A DNA stretch of 64,000 nucleotides from Lama guanicoe. Taxonomy: Eukaryota. Location: assembly GCA_013239625.1 (NCBI GenBank), contig MU053873.1, forward strand, positions 2,122,524 through 2,186,523, read 5' to 3'. Position numbers and translations under genes: made by a program. Below, in pieces: positions 37,647 to 50,835 of the stretch; position 1 is the stretch's first letter, and each line of letters begins with the position of its first letter. The notes below the pieces were generated by a model that saw only the letters and a list, made by a program, of their open reading frames with translations, ran no database searches and had not been told where the DNA came from.

Positions 37647-37687
37647 TGTCCCGTGTCCCATGTCCCATGTCCCGTGTCCCGTGTCCC
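37647..37687 (+). repeat. 7-bp tandem repeat (TGTCCCR) x6
   Basis: tgtcccg tgtccca tgtccca tgtcccg tgtcccg tgtccc. Confidence 0.85.
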
Positions 37688-37894
37688 TCTCGCTCCTGTG
37701 GTATGTGCACCCCACTGACATCCTGCACTTCATTTCTGCCCCCTCGAAGGGATTACCCTCAAGGGAAACAGGCTGTTTAGTGCCCAGGCATGTCTGCTTC
37801 GGGGGACGCCCCAGCATTCACCTCCCCCACACTTCATCCAAGAAGGCAGCTGGGAAGGAATGCGCCAGCTGCCACCCTTGCTTATATTATTTAA

Positions 37895-38477
37895 AAAAAA
37901 TTTTTTTAATGGAAGTGAAATTCACATGACATTGACTTAGCTGTTTTAAAGCGAACACTTCAGTGGCTTTTAGTACCTTCACAATGTTGTGCAACCACCA
38001 ACTCTACCTGATTCCAAAACGTCCCCATCACTCCAAAATTATCCATCAACAGTTCACTCTCACCCCATCCCAGCGTCCACTAATCTGCCTTCTGCTTCTT
38101 TGGGTTTCCTGATTTAGCGCATTTCATATAAACAGAGTGGTACAGTATATCCCCCTTTGTGTCTGGCTTCTCTCACTTAGAGCACAGTTTTTAAGATTCA
38201 TCCACATTGGAGCATGTGCCAGTACGCCCTTCTTTTTTTATGGTTGGATACTATTCCATTGTATGGATAGACCATATTTTGTTCATCCATTTATCCGTCG
38301 ATGGATATTTGGGTTGTTTCCACCTTTTGGTGATTGTGAATCATGCTGCTACGTGCACGTGTGGATGAGGATTGTTTGAACACCTGTTTTCAATTCTTTT
38401 GGTTATATACCTAGGAGTGGAATTGCCGGGTCATATAGTGATTCCACGTTTAACTTTTTGAGGACCTGCCAAACTGC
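37895..38477 (-). mobile_element. L1MB-like 3' fragment
   Basis: gtgaaattcacatgac...ttcacaatgttgtgcaaccacc...tattccattgtatggatagaccatattttgttcatccattt...atacctaggagtggaattgccgggtcatat. Confidence 0.88.
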
Positions 38478-38694
38478 CTTATCATCTTATTGTGCAGACC
38501 TGAATGATGTCTTTAGAGGAATTGTGTTGGCATTCTGAAACCTTCTGTCTACCATCATTGTCCTGTCCATTTATATCTGAGGGTTAGCAGGGAAACCTCA
38601 AATCAGGTACTAGCTGTTCAGTGATGAGACATTGGAAGGATTAGGGAAGGAGAGACCAGTGCAGTAGTAGACGGGGCTGGAAGGTCAAGATTGT

Positions 38695-39150
38695 GGATTC
38701 ATTCATCCATCCATCCATCCATCCATACATTCATTCACAAATTCATTGGTTAAAAAGTTTACCTAGCACCCACCACATGCCAGGTCCTGTTCTAGGTGCT
38801 GGAGAGAGATGCATAAGATAGAGCCATGCCCTCAAGGGGATTCCAATCTGGGGGTGGGCAGAACAGTCGCATAAATAAGCAATTAGGAAAGCATGTGATA
38901 CAATCCCACATGGAAGCCGTTTAAGGTATTGGAAGAAGCACTGAGGAGCAAGCAGCTACCTGTCAGGACCAGGTAAGTCTTGATAGATGGGCACCTCTTT
39001 AAACTGGGTATTGTAGGATGAGTAGGAGTTTGTCCTGTGGCCAAGGCAGGGAGAGAAACTCCAGACCTAGGAAATAGCCTGAACCAAGTTAGGGAATCTG
39101 CAGTTATGGTGAGTCTTAGGTGTGGCTGGAGAACAAGGTAAATCTGGTGG
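38695..39150 (-). mobile_element. L2 LINE 3' fragment with (CATC/CATT)n tail
   Basis: ttcattcatccatccatcc...agcacccaccacatgccaggtcctgttctaggtgctggaga. Confidence 0.75.
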
Positions 39151-39336
39151 AAATAATAACGAAATGGTCGGTGTGTTGTTATAAAATAACCAAAGTTTAT
39201 TAATAATGTATTAGGGAGTCTGAGTTATAATCTGGGGGTGGTGGGGAGCCATCAAAAAATTTAACCCTGAGTGATTAGAGGCAATAATTGTAGACTTCAT
39301 GCCCCTGCCTATAAAATGGAAGCCTTGTAGTAGCTT

Positions 39337-39700
39337 GTATCTGTCAGGATAAACTGGGTTATGCTGCAGTAACAAAAAATCCCCAAATCTCAATTGTATG
39401 AAACAATGTGTTTTGTTTCTGGCTCATACTACATGTCCATCGCAGGTTGGCTGGAGGATCTGCTTACACATTTCCACTATGTAGCTTAGAACCTTAGTGG
39501 GTGAGGCAGTTACATTCTGGCACATGGCTGGTGACAATGGCAGAAGGAAAAAAGAGGGGAGGATCTCAGTCCTAAAGCTACTATGCAGGAAGGATATCAC
39601 ATAAGACACTGAAGCCAGTCCTGCCTGTGCTACACGCCTCTAAGTGGGCCAGGAAGCAGGGTCCTCCCACGGGCCTTGGAGGAGAACAAGATATATGAGG
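39337..39700 (-). mobile_element. MLT1I/J-like solo LTR
   Basis: tgtatctgtcaggataaactgggttatgctgcagtaacaaaaaatccccaaatctcaattg...ggctcatactacatgtccatcgcaggttggctgg. Confidence 0.75.
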
Positions 39701-39769
39701 TGGGCAACGTGAGTGACCCCCACGTAGGTTCTCTCTCAGTTCCGTTTACATTTGTGAAAACAGAAATTT

Positions 39770-40021
39770 TGCTCAGGGACGTTCACTGCAGCATAGGTTG
39801 CAGGAGCCCAAAGCTGGAAGCAACCAACATGCCCATCAATGAGGGATTAATTACGTGTTGCTACAGGCACACTTTGAAATACCACACAGCTACTTAGAAA
39901 AAAGGAGGCAGATTTTTATTTGTTAAAATGAAAAAAAATGCATCAAGTATTTTGTTAAATTAAGGCAGTCACTTGAAGATATAGAACATAGTGCCTGGTA
40001 TGATTAAATTCGTTTAAAAAG

Positions 40022-40057
<36 letters not shown>

Positions 40058-40120
40058 TTCCAGAAACATAATGCAATAAATAGTTAACATTAATTAGCTC
40101 TGAGGATAGAGACTGGGGAA
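39770..40120 (+). mobile_element. Old L1 (L1ME-like) fragment
   Basis: ggacgttcactgcagcataggttgcaggagcccaaagctggaagcaaccaacatgcccatcaatgagggattaatt. Confidence 0.6.
40025..40056 (+). repeat. (GT)16 microsatellite
   Basis: Perfect dinucleotide run. Confidence 0.95.
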
Positions 40121-40559
40121 AGGATTTTGCTGTTTTTGCTGTTCTGTTTAATTCTATATCCTCAGAGCTTAGCACATAGTAGGTGCTCAGTCTTGCACAC
40201 AGTAGGTGCTAAAATATTTGTCAGATGGATGAATTAATATTTCTAAGGAGAAGGAATTTGACCCTTTAATTTTACACCTTTCTGTGCAGTCAGGATTTTT
40301 TAAAAATCCTGTGTGAACATAAAACACAGAATTTGATTTTTTTTTTTCCTTTTTAAAGAAAATGGAATCATTCCATTTCCTGAGCTTCTCCCATCCGCTC
40401 TGCGAAGAAGACAAAGACTTGGGGTCACATTTCTCTGAAGAGGCACAAAGAGCAGTAAATAAGTGTAGCTTTTGAAAAATCAGGGGAAAAACTGCTACGT
40501 CAGTCCTATAAAAAAAAAAAAGAAAAAAAATCTCAAAAAACAAACGAGGGTGTTTGTGC

Positions 40560-41110
40560 TAGCCGTTCCTCGTGCTGCGGGGATATTAGTCTTGTAAGAC
40601 ACTCGGCAAGGCCTCCCTCGTTCGCCTCCCGGAACGAGGCTGCCAGGGGAGATGGATCGCTCCCGAGGTCCCCCGCACCCCCGCGCGACATGGGGGTTCA
40701 ATTAGCAGAATCCGCTCCTACATCCCCGCGACGGAGCGGCACCCGGCATGCGCGCCGCCCTGCGCCACCAGCCGCAGCCCGCGTGTGCGGAGGAAGCAAT
40801 ATATTTTTTTTAATCTTAAGTCTTTTAATGGCTTCTGTGCTGATTTCTTGCCTGCCACCCCCTCTTCCTTCAACCCTCTCCATCCCCCCCCAACATCAGA
40901 ACCTCGCTTCCCTGCAAGAATAATGTTCTTGCCGGGAAAACAGCTCAGCTTCGCTGATTCATGGGAGCGCGTGTGACCAGCTACAGGGAGCAGGGAGGTG
41001 GGGTCCTTTTTGGGGGGGCGGGGTGTCGGGAGATGGGGGCTGATGCCCGGTGGCGCCTGAGACCTCCGTCCCGGCAAAGGCGGGAAAACCTCGCTCCCTG
41101 CCACGGAGCC
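40560..41110. promoter_or_regulatory. Small orphan CpG island (candidate enhancer or non-coding promoter)
   Basis: Dense CpGs (ccccgcgcgac, ccccgcgacggagcggcacccggcatgcgcgccgccctgcgcc) well above the window background; partial NRF1-like GCATGCGC; no coding exon seen. Confidence 0.55.
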
Positions 41111-41270
41111 TTATGGTTGGGTCCAGACAGCCTGGGTTCAAATCCTGACTCTGCCCGGGCACAGCAGTGCAAGCCGTGGCCGGAGCGACTCCACTGCCCT
41201 GGCCTCACTTTTGTCATCTGAAAAGAGGCGGGGAATAAGTAGCAGAGACTCTGAGGGTGCTGTGAGCGCT
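41110..41270 (+). mobile_element. MIR SINE
   Basis: cagacagcctgggttcaaatcctgactctgcc...ggcctcacttttgtcatctgaaaag. Confidence 0.7.
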
Positions 41271-41564
41271 TCAGGGCATAGAGGTTGTACTTTTATTTCA
41301 TCGTAAAGCCACTTTGGGGTAGACTGGCCACAGATGGAAGTGATTTTGCAGGTGAAAACAAGCGCCCCATCTTAGAAGGTGTGTATTCAGGGAGCCAGCA
41401 GCCAGCTCGCCCCCATCTGAGGGATGCGCTTCCAGAAGTGAACTAACAGTGGATGAATGACCTCCAGTTTTTTCTAAGACTTACACTTCAATGAAAATGG
41501 AAAAAAAAAATGAACATTTACTGAGGACGTCTCTGCCAAGCACAGTGCCACTTGCGTTGTGTAT

Positions 41565-41856
41565 CAGGGGCTGCAAACCACCCATCTGGTTTTGTAGGAT
41601 CTGTGAGCTCAAAATAATTTTTACATTTCTAAATCATTACACTGAAAAAAAATCAAGAGGAAAATACTATTCTGTGACACATGAAAATTATATGAAATTC
41701 AGATTTCAGTGTCCATAAATAAAGTTTTATTGGAACAAAGCCACGCCCACTTGCTCACATTTTGTCTAAGGTTGCTTTGATGCTATAGTGGCAGCGTTGA
41801 GTAGTTGTAACAGAGACCATCTGGCCCTTTACTGAAAACGTTTGCTGACCTCCAGT
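41565..41856. mobile_element. MER58B-like hAT-Charlie MITE nested inside a minus-strand MIR (41510-41955)
   Basis: caggggctgcaaacc...catgaaaattatatgaaattcagatttcagtgtccataaataaagttttattggaacaaagccacgccc...ctggccctttactgaaaacgtttgctgacctcc. Confidence 0.85.
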
Positions 41857-44149
41857 ATCTATCACTGCACTGAAGGCTCAAGGCAGCTCTGTGAGGCTTG
41901 TTATTATTAACCCATTTTATAGGTGAATAAACTGAGGCTATGGGAAGGTAATTTATTTGGTGGCAGGGTTGCAGGGAAAGTAGTTATTGAGTGACGTTAT
42001 TGTTACACCCATTTTACAGATGAAGAGACAGGGACCAGCAGAGGAGAAAGCAACTTGCTCAAGGTTATTGACTGAGTGAAACAAAGGCTGTCTGGGTACC
42101 AGAATCCTGCTCTTAAGACTGGGGTCATTTTTCTCTGCTCCTGCCTCTTGCGTGGGACTTACCGATAGCTCTCCCAGAGTACCAGGAAGCAACTGTTGCT
42201 GATGGCTGGCTGGTTCCTCTTCTGGGTGGTCACGTACCCCTGTAAGCTGGGGACTGAAGCACGGCTGACTGGGAGGGGGAACCAGACTTCCAGGAGTGGA
42301 GTGGGGAGAGGAGAGTCGGAGTTAGAAGAGGATCAGGCTGTGCACATGTGTGTGCTTTCCAGTTTGCTCCTTGGCCTCCGCCATATCTCTGCCCATTGTT
42401 CCAGTGAGGGAAGCAGGTGCAGCTGGGATGCAGAGAACACGTGTTTTTGTCACCACTTGGTAAATAGCTGATCGCTCGTGTCGTAAGTTACATCTCCAAA
42501 CACAAGCTCTAAAAAGACAACTCCTCTCCTGGGAGGCACCGCACCATACACTGGTCTTAAAACGCTTTTCATTTAGGGTCACCCTAGATGCTCATGTGGA
42601 GAGATGTGATGTGCCCTGCTCCTCCTCCCTGCACACTGAGCCACAACAGTGCTGCTCACTTGGGGAGACAGAGAAGCATGAATGATGGGGAGAGGTACTG
42701 ATGCTGTGTTAGAGAATCCAGAAGCAAGTTTCAGGACTGCCTTCGGGGGGAATCACTTTACTGTGGCAAACTTATGTTTCCAAGCATCCACATAACAAAG
42801 GCCCCCATCAAAAGTAGATGAACAAATTACATTCAGAGGTGGATAAAACTAGGAAAGAACTTAAAGCAGGTAAGAGAAGAGCCTGCCTGGGCAGAGGCAG
42901 CCTTGGAACAGTGGTCAAGGACCATTTGAGCTGAGAACTAACTAAGCAATAAAAAGAATGACCTTGCCAAGGTGGGTAAGGAACAGATTTCCAGGCAGCG
43001 GGAACAGCAAGTGCAAAGGCTCTGTGGTGAGATGAACCTGCTGGGGATCAGGGTCTTTGTAGAACCTCCATTCGCTGCATCTGCACGTGGCTTCCATCAT
43101 GTTCAGTCCCATAATTAACCACCAGTGCCATCTTTTCCGCTACCTGGGGGAGCAGGAGACTGTTCTTATAATTCTGCCTTTTTTAATGATCTGCATTTCA
43201 AAATTATGTCCCCACATCCCAAGGCCCCTGGGTACCAGGTATATTTCTCCAAGTTCCAATAAATAAATACAGTAAATCCATGTGTTTCAGGGATTTTTAT
43301 GGGCCAGCCTGCCAGGGAAATGGGCTGGTTGCCTCAGAGGGCCGGGCCGATGGAGCTGGTGAGGTAATTAGCTACTGAGTTATGGGGGCCACTTGAAGTC
43401 TAATTATTGAGAGATCTGAGGCCCCCGCCTGATCTAGGTCCAGATTTACATGGTGCTGGGCAGGCTCCTCGGGTAGGTGTCTCCATGGGGATGAAGATGG
43501 AAGGGTCGCTAGTGGGTCTCAGAGTGGAGGGACTTGGAGGCCCAAAGGGACACCTAGAGTGGGGTATGTCTAAGCCAGGGTGGCAGAGCCTCCTCAGGGA
43601 GCCATCTGGATTCTTTCCAGCAGGTTCCAGCAGCACTGTCATATGCTATGATTCCATTCTGTGCCTCTGGTTTAGAGCTATCTCCTGGTATCTATTTGTT
43701 CACAGGTCTCTCCCCCTCCTAGGCTGGCTCATTCATTCATTCATTCATTCAAGAGATCAGTAATACCTATTGTGCATCAGGGTTGGATATAAAGGTTCAA
43801 GAGGTGAGAGAGAACCTCTTATTAAACCGTGGGCTGAACAGTTAATGCACAGTACACATTTGTTGCAAGAACACAAGTGTGATCACTCACTGTGTAAGAC
43901 CTTGCTCACCACTTTAAGTTCCGGGCTGGATGGTGCAGACTGTGTGCTCGCGCGTGTGTGCGTGTGTGCGGACGCGCACATGCATTTCAGGCATAGACCA
44001 CAACTGCAAAGCTCCCGTGCTCCGGGTAGGTGCTAGATGCTCACATTCAGTGTCCCTTAGAGGTCACTGTCACCTCTGTCCCAGAAGGCTACTGCAGGCT
44101 CCTCCTGCATCTCTCAACTTTCTCCCTCCCCACCCAAAGCCGTCCCCTC

Positions 44150-44720
44150 CCCCTCCCCATGGCAGCCCAGGATGAGCTGCTGAAAGTAAAGCAGATCTTG
44201 TCACCCTCTGCCCTCACCCTCCAGTTCTGTCACCTCCCAAGGGAGAAGCCAGAGCCCTAGAATGGCCTGCAGGGTCCTGGCCATTTGACCCCCTATGACC
44301 CACCCTCACTCACCCGCCCCAGCCACACCGGAGGGTCTCCTTGCTGCTCCTTCCCCTCTTCGGACTTAGTCCCATCCACCCCCGGGCCTTTGCACACACG
44401 GACTCCACTGCCAGGAGTGTCTGTCTCCTGGAGAAATGCCTGCCTCCTTCCCTCCTGTCTTTTGTGTCTCTGCTTGACTCTAACCACTCTACCCCTTCTC
44501 TGCTCTATTATTTTTTTTCAGCCCTCCTCACTATCTCTCATGATACGTATTTATTTGTTCCTTGATTATCCTCTGTCACCTCGCCCTCTGCTCGCAGAGT
44601 TTCAGCTTCATGAGGGCAGATGTTCTGTTTCTTTATGTCACTGCTCTGTTTCCAGTCCCTGGAACAGTGACTGGAACATGATCAGTGCTCCACAGATCCT
44701 TTTTTGAATGAATGAATGTA
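44150..44720 (+). mobile_element. L2a-like 3' fragment with terminal tail
   Basis: gggcctttgcacac...cagcttcatgagggcagatgttctgtttc...ctggaacagtgactggaacatgatcagtgctc...tgaatgaatgaatg. Confidence 0.8.
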
Positions 44721-45379
44721 GCTTTTCATTGACAACACCTAGTGCCATAGCTGGCATTCAACAGGGGCTATATCGTGATTCAACTAAATTAAAGGACAAG
44801 TATGTAGAAAATATGCCAAAACAGGATTCGTGTTATTATCCATAGATGATCAAAGAGTCACAGAAAAGTGGGAGCGCCCACAGGGGTCCTGGGGGCAGGG
44901 GAAATCTATTGGGGGCGTTTTCCAAAAGCTAATGACCCTTGAGCTGAGTGATGACAGGTGAGCAGGAGTTTGCCAGACAGCGCATGTGGCGAAAGGGTCC
45001 AGGGGAGAGAACCACTGCATCACTTGGGAGGGTCTGACAGCGCCCAGTGTCAGTATTTGCAAGAAGCGTAGAAAGACCCAGGGCTGAGACAGGGACCTAG
45101 TCCTGGAGCATCTTGAATGTCAGGAACCTAGGAATTAGGATTTAATCCTGAGGGCCCCGGAGAGACTCCAGATCTCACAGTCTACAGTCAGATTGGGATT
45201 CTCAGATCATCTCTTTGATGGTTATGGAGACACCATGGTGGGAGCCAGGCAGCCCAGGAAACAGAGACTAAGGGCTGATCTGAGCTGGTGACATCAGGGA
45301 CCAAGGGGAAGAAGAGACCTGCCTGGGGGAGCAGGGTTACAGATTGGATTCCTACATGGCTGCGCAGACCAGACGTGGA

Positions 45380-46200
45380 GAGACTAAAATTCCATCATTG
45401 CCAAACCCGCGAGAGGCAGAGAGCCCGAGCACCTGGCTCCAAACTCAATTAACCAGATTTTTTAAAAATTGTAATCGCAGCCCTCGTCTTTCTCCCCTCC
45501 TTCCTCTTCTCTTAAAAATTTTTATTATATATGCTTTTTGACAGCCAAAGACTTCAGGATACTTGATACGCTGTATATTAAGCAGAGTGGCAGCTGCGAT
45601 ATTGCCAAGCGAAACAAAATACAAAATTTACAGCAGTAAATTCTTCTCTCTTCAGGGTGGTTAATTATCTTAATTACTTTTATTATCTTTTCTCTTTTAA
45701 GATCCTAAATTGCTTATTGTTGCCTCTCCTGCCAAAGGCGACCACATATCTTTTGCTGGTGCATGCTGAGTAAAGAGTCGTATGTACATCTTTCTGGTGA
45801 AATTTAAAGGCACTTTGATTTATACCTGACTTCTCCTTGTGCTTTTAATTGCACTAACTAGTGAAAACAAAGTTATGTGAAATATCGGCTGACGGCGGGA
45901 AACACACACACACACACACACGTGCACGCACGAACTCCAAATCAGACAAATGCTTCCCTTTCCTTTTTTTATATCTGCTCCTCTCTCTCCTGCATCCTTT
46001 GTGCGATGTGGGGAAATCCATTTCTCTCTAGCAAATCTGAACTCGGGAGAGAAAAGAATTACAGGCCTTGCAAACTGTCACACTTTCCCCGGGAACGGGG
46101 AAAGGTGATTTGGTTTGAAATAAATCCATTCACGGTTAACATTTTAAAGCAAAGGGGAAAAAAGGAGGCGGGGGGTGGGGTGGAAATCACCAGGCACCTA
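45380..46200. promoter_or_regulatory. Long candidate enhancer/CNE
   Basis: About 800 bp without a repeat signature, AT-rich; caattaa, tgacag, ttaattatcttaatta, ctttgatttata, ttaattgc and aacaaag motifs. Confidence 0.4.
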
Positions 46201-46869
46201 GACACGGGGCTAATTCAGGCTGGGGGATCTGGGGACAGCTCAACCAGCTGCAGCCTGACTTAGGGGGAGCAGTGGGGGCACCGCGAGCAGGGGAGATCGG
46301 GTGCCTAGCAAGTGACTTCGTTAAAACTCAATTTTGGAACAGATGTCTCAGAAGTCACAACCCAAAGCCAGAGCCTTGGGTCCAGATATGTCCTGGAATT
46401 TAGAATTACTGTCGGAGGTTAGAAAGGAGCAGCTCTTTAGGGAGAGCACTCTGTTGGGACTCAAAGCTACAGCTTGAGGTCCCGGTAGGCCTGAGTTTGA
46501 ATCCTGCCTCTGCCAAGGTTGAGCTATGTGACTCTGGCACATATGGTAATGTGGGTACAATAACTTGAGTTCTGTTGTCCCCACAGTGTGATGGGAAGCT
46601 AAAGCTCAGAGAGGTCAAGTCACCCGCCTAGGGTCACACAGGTTCACACAAGGAGATTATCGTACCGCCTCTTCTGATTTCACCTGGGGGCTAGGATTCT
46701 GCAAACTCAGGGTCAAAAGCTCCGGGACAACAATCTGGGAAGGGGTGAGAGACAGACCCAGATGGAGGCGGGATATGGAAGGGGGCTCCACTGGAAGGAG
46801 GGGGGAATGTCTGTAGTTTCTTTTGTTCAAAGTGCCTGGTGGGCGAGGGGAGGTGGCATCAGGGAGGGA

Positions 46870-47232
46870 CAGTTCTCTTGGCTCAGGCTGCTCTAACGAA
46901 AGTGCCGTAGACTGGGTGGTTTATAAACAGCAGAAATTTCTCGTGGTCTTAGAGGCTGGCAGTCCTAGATGGAGATGCCAGCGGGGCAGAATTCTGCTGA
47001 GAGTCTTCCTCCTGATTTGCAGACGGCTGACTTCACACGCGGCACAGAGAGGAAGCCACTGTCTCCTGACTCTTAGAGGGACGCGAATCCCATCCGTGAG
47101 ATCCCCACCCTTGTGACCTTATCTAATCCTAATTGCCTCCCCAAGGCCCCCCCTGCTAATATACCATCACACACGAGGGGTGGTGTCCCAGCACAGGAAT
47201 TCCGGGGGAACCCGAGCACTCAGTCCATAACA
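46870..47232 (-). mobile_element. MLT1A-like solo LTR (diverged)
   Basis: ctcaggctgctctaacgaaagtgccgtagactgggtggtttataaacagcagaaatttc...ctaatcctaattgcctccccaaggcccc...cactcagtccataaca. Confidence 0.8.
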
Positions 47233-47280
47233 ACAGGCATCCCCTTCGAGCACTCAGTCCATAACAACAGGCATCCCCTT
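47213..47280 (+). repeat. Perfect 34-bp tandem duplication
   Basis: cgagcactcagtccataacaacaggcatcccctt at 47213-47246 and 47247-47280. Confidence 0.95.
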
Positions 47281-48289
47281 CCTGCCTCTGTCCAGAGAGG
47301 AAGGTCAAGTTTACGACCATTTAGAGGAAGATTGTCTGAGTTTCACTGAGGCCTGTGAGACTGGGGACCCGTTACCCCAAGCAACCCCCCAGGGCTGCCC
47401 AGCAATGGACCCCGGCCCGGCCTAGGGGCGGGGCACCTGCCAGTCCCTTTCTGACCACCTCCTGCTCTCTCCCCCGCCCCATGCAGGTGTTCCTCTTGGC
47501 ATCTGTAGTTCTTGGTGAGGTGTCCCTTCAAAGAACTTACCCAGCCTTAGCACAGGAAGTTCCACATCCCACGTGACTTTTTGGACCCAGGCAAACCGGG
47601 ACGCTGGGTCACCTGTATCTTGAGCCTCTTTCTCTCAAGGATTCTCTGGTCCTTTTTCTGTTCCTGTCTCTCAGTCTGGGTCCATCCTTCTGTCTGTCTG
47701 TCTCCTACCGTCTCCTCTTTCTTTTATCCATCCCTGCTCCCCTGGCGTCCCTCCTCCTTCCTCTCCTCCAGACTCTCCACCTTTTGCTCTTTGGCAAGAA
47801 AAGCCCTGCATTTGCGTCTCCAGAGGGCCTAGGAAACTGGGTCCAGTGACAAATGTCTGGGAGGGATGAGGGAAGGCGGGGGAGGGGCAGTTGGCTGGGA
47901 GGAGGGAGGAGGCTCACCTGTCGGGGAAGGGCCCACATCCTCCGGTCCCACAGGGAGACTTTCTAAATGCTACTGGGTTCTGCACACGGGCCTGTTTTCC
48001 CACACACTTCCATGCCATGCCAGAGGGAGAGGTGCGTGCGTGTGCGGGTGTGAATGTGCGTGCACGTGCATGCAGGCCCTGGTGGCAGGGCCACTGGAGA
48101 CGGCAGGGCAGCACGTGGGGACAGGGAGCTGCACCCCCTCTGCCAGATGCTGGTCGCCTCTTGGTGACTGTCTCCAGGGCTTTTGGGGCATCTACATCAG
48201 GAGACACTAGGGGGCAAGAAAGCAGGATGCGGGGTGGAGGGGCCACGGCTGCCACTGTCCTTGAGAATTCTCAGGGGGGAACAATTTAC

Positions 48290-48715
48290 CCCACGTGGGT
48301 AATCAGTGCTTTACATGTGGCCAGTAGGACTGAGGGGCTGAATTTTAAATTCAATTAGACTTTAATCATTAAATCCAAAAACGGATACTCTATTCAGTTG
48401 TTGGAAACTGTTTAAGTACATTTGGAAGAACGTGGCCACGCGAGTCTACATTTTGAAGTGAACTGAGAGGTGCTGTAAGTGCGAAATACAAGCTGGATTT
48501 TGGAGGCTGGGTACCAAAAGGAATGAGTGTGACCTCCCTGATTAAAAATTTTTAATATTGACTACAGTTGGAATAAAACACTAATATTTCTGATTCATTG
48601 GGTTAAAGAAAAGACTAAAATTAATTTCCCAGGGTTTTGTTGTTTTTGTTTTTGTTTTGCATTTTAAACTGCTAGAAAGTTTCAGATGACGTATGTGACT
48701 TGCATTCTCTGGGCC
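48290..48715. mobile_element. Charlie1-derived hAT DNA transposon remnant (Charlie1a/b or MER33-like)
   Basis: atgtggccagtaggactgaggggctgaattttaaatt...aactgagaggtgctgtaagtgcgaaatacaagctggattttg...ctagaaagtttcagatgacgtatgtgacttgcatt. Confidence 0.75.
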
Positions 48716-49539
48716 CGGGAAGCTCTCGGACTTAAGGACTGTCCTGTCACCAAGGAAGTATTCCTCATGGCCCTGAGAGAGGAAGCCACCTTGTTTATCT
48801 CATCTAATTATCACACCACTACCATGGTGAGGCTTGCTGTTCGCCTCGTGTCACAGAAGAAGAGCCTGCGGTCAGAGAGGTGGAAGCCTTGCCCAGGAAA
48901 TACACATGCTGCAGCTGGGGCTCCCAAATCTCATAAAGCTTTCCTCTGAGCCGCCTCCCAAATGCTCCCAGGAGGGTAGGGATTGGAGGTGTCCCCTGCC
49001 CTCTGTGACCTCGCCTCCTTCCAGGCCTGCCTCCTTGCCTCGCTTTCCCTCCTAACACTCTCTGAATCCGTCATCCCCGCTTTTAATCGAAACGCTCAGT
49101 GAACCGACATGTATTTTTAGCCTGCACCACCTCTTGGGATAATGAGTCTCATATGTTTACTTCCCACTGAGTAAAGCGCTACAGCACTTTAATTTTTCCT
49201 AAAATGCCTTTGAGTATCCCCGTGAGATGTAGGTGAGGGGAGGAGAGACGTCTGTTTGGCTTCTCCTACACCACGGAGCCTCAGTCTCTCTGTAGTGGAG
49301 CCACTTAGACCTGCGCCTGCACCTTCCCCCAGGCTCCTGCGTGTGGGGAGCTGGGCAAGAAAGTTCACCTCGCCAGGCTTGGTTTGCTCCTCTGTGCATG
49401 GGAAACAGGGAAACTAAGCCTGCAGCGCGTGGGTACCACTGATGGGATTGTGTGGGGTGTGGAGAAGGAAGCCTCTCTGCCCACCTTTGGCGTGGCAGTA
49501 TTTTGTGGATACAGGTGGAGTGAGAAAAGAGTGGATACA

Positions 49540-50050
49540 GCACCCTATTTCTAGTCTGTGAGTTGTAAAAGGCATAGAATGCCCACCACAGTCTGCATAG
49601 TGGCCTTGATACCTCCCTGTCTGTGTCCTCTCCACTCTCCCATGCTCACTCTGCTCCAGCCTCACGGACCTCTTACAAGCCAGGTATGCTCTTGCCCCAG
49701 GGCCTTTGCACTGGCTGTTCCCTTCCCTGAAACGCTCTTCCTTGCAATATCTGCTTACACACCTCCCTCTGCTCAAATGTCACCTTCTCATCAAGGTGTC
49801 CCCGCAACCTCTTTTGAAAATCACGCCCCCCTCCCTCTGGTCCCTGTATTTCCCCTACTCTTTCCTGACTATTTTTTTTATAGAATTTGTCACCTTCTAT
49901 CAAACTTTATAAATTATCTACTTACAAGGTTCATGTTATCCACCTCCTCCAGGGCAGGGAGTTTTTCTCTGTTCTGTTTCCTGCTGCCCTCAGCACCCAT
50001 AACGCTGCCTGACACACACCTGGTTCTCAATAGACATGGCTGAAGTGAAT
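49540..50050 (+). mobile_element. L2a-like 3' fragment
   Basis: ctcactctgctccagcctcacggacctc...cagggcctttgcactggctgttccc...gctcaaatgtcaccttctca. Confidence 0.8.
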
Positions 50051-50679
50051 GCGTAGTCTTCACTCTCAGCAGGTTGGTAAATGTTTTTATGCACCAAAGA
50101 AACAATAACAGTGCGATTGTTGGGGGGTGTCCATGGTCAAATGCATTTCATAAAAAACTGATGTTAAAGGAGAGTCTTACGTGGCACAGGACGTGGCCGG
50201 CTCTTATCCTGGGGATCCCCACTGGGAAAAGCCAAGCTAGACCCACTCACCCATTTCACAGGTCAGGAAACTGAGGGTCTTGGTCTCTGAGACTTGACCC
50301 AGATCTCTGACTTTCTAACAGCTCTGCCTGGCTCTCCTCACTCACTTTTCTCCTGCTCTTGGCTACTCTGTTGGAAAGGGGCTTCTTAAAGACCTCATGT
50401 TGGTGGCCCATGTCTGTAGGGGCGAGGGAAACCCTTGCAGAGCATATGGGAAACCCTGAAAAATGTGGGTCAGAGACCCTTGGCTTCGGCTTTTTCTTTC
50501 TTTATTAGTTTGTGGCCCAGGTTCAGAGGCCATTGAGGACATTTAAGAAAGATTTGTATTTTTTAATGCACAAAAGGGAATGGCTTTTGATTTTTAAAAA
50601 TCCCTAATTTTACTGAAAATGATCATGACACTGCTGACCATATGATATGTACTGACCCAGCCTCAGGCCGGCCCTCAGA

Positions 50680-50835
50680 ACCTTACACCTTGATTTCATT
50701 CTAATTTCCCCATGACGGTCTCTCAAGGCATGAATGGGCCCATTTTACAGATGAGGAGACCGAAGCTCAGAGGAGGGGAGTTACCTAGAGTCACAGGTGA
50801 AGGGAGGAGCAGGGATTCAGCCCAGCCTGTCACAT
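50680..50835 (-). mobile_element. MIR SINE
   Basis: cccattttacagatgaggagaccgaagctcagaggaggggagttacctagagtcacag. Confidence 0.8.
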
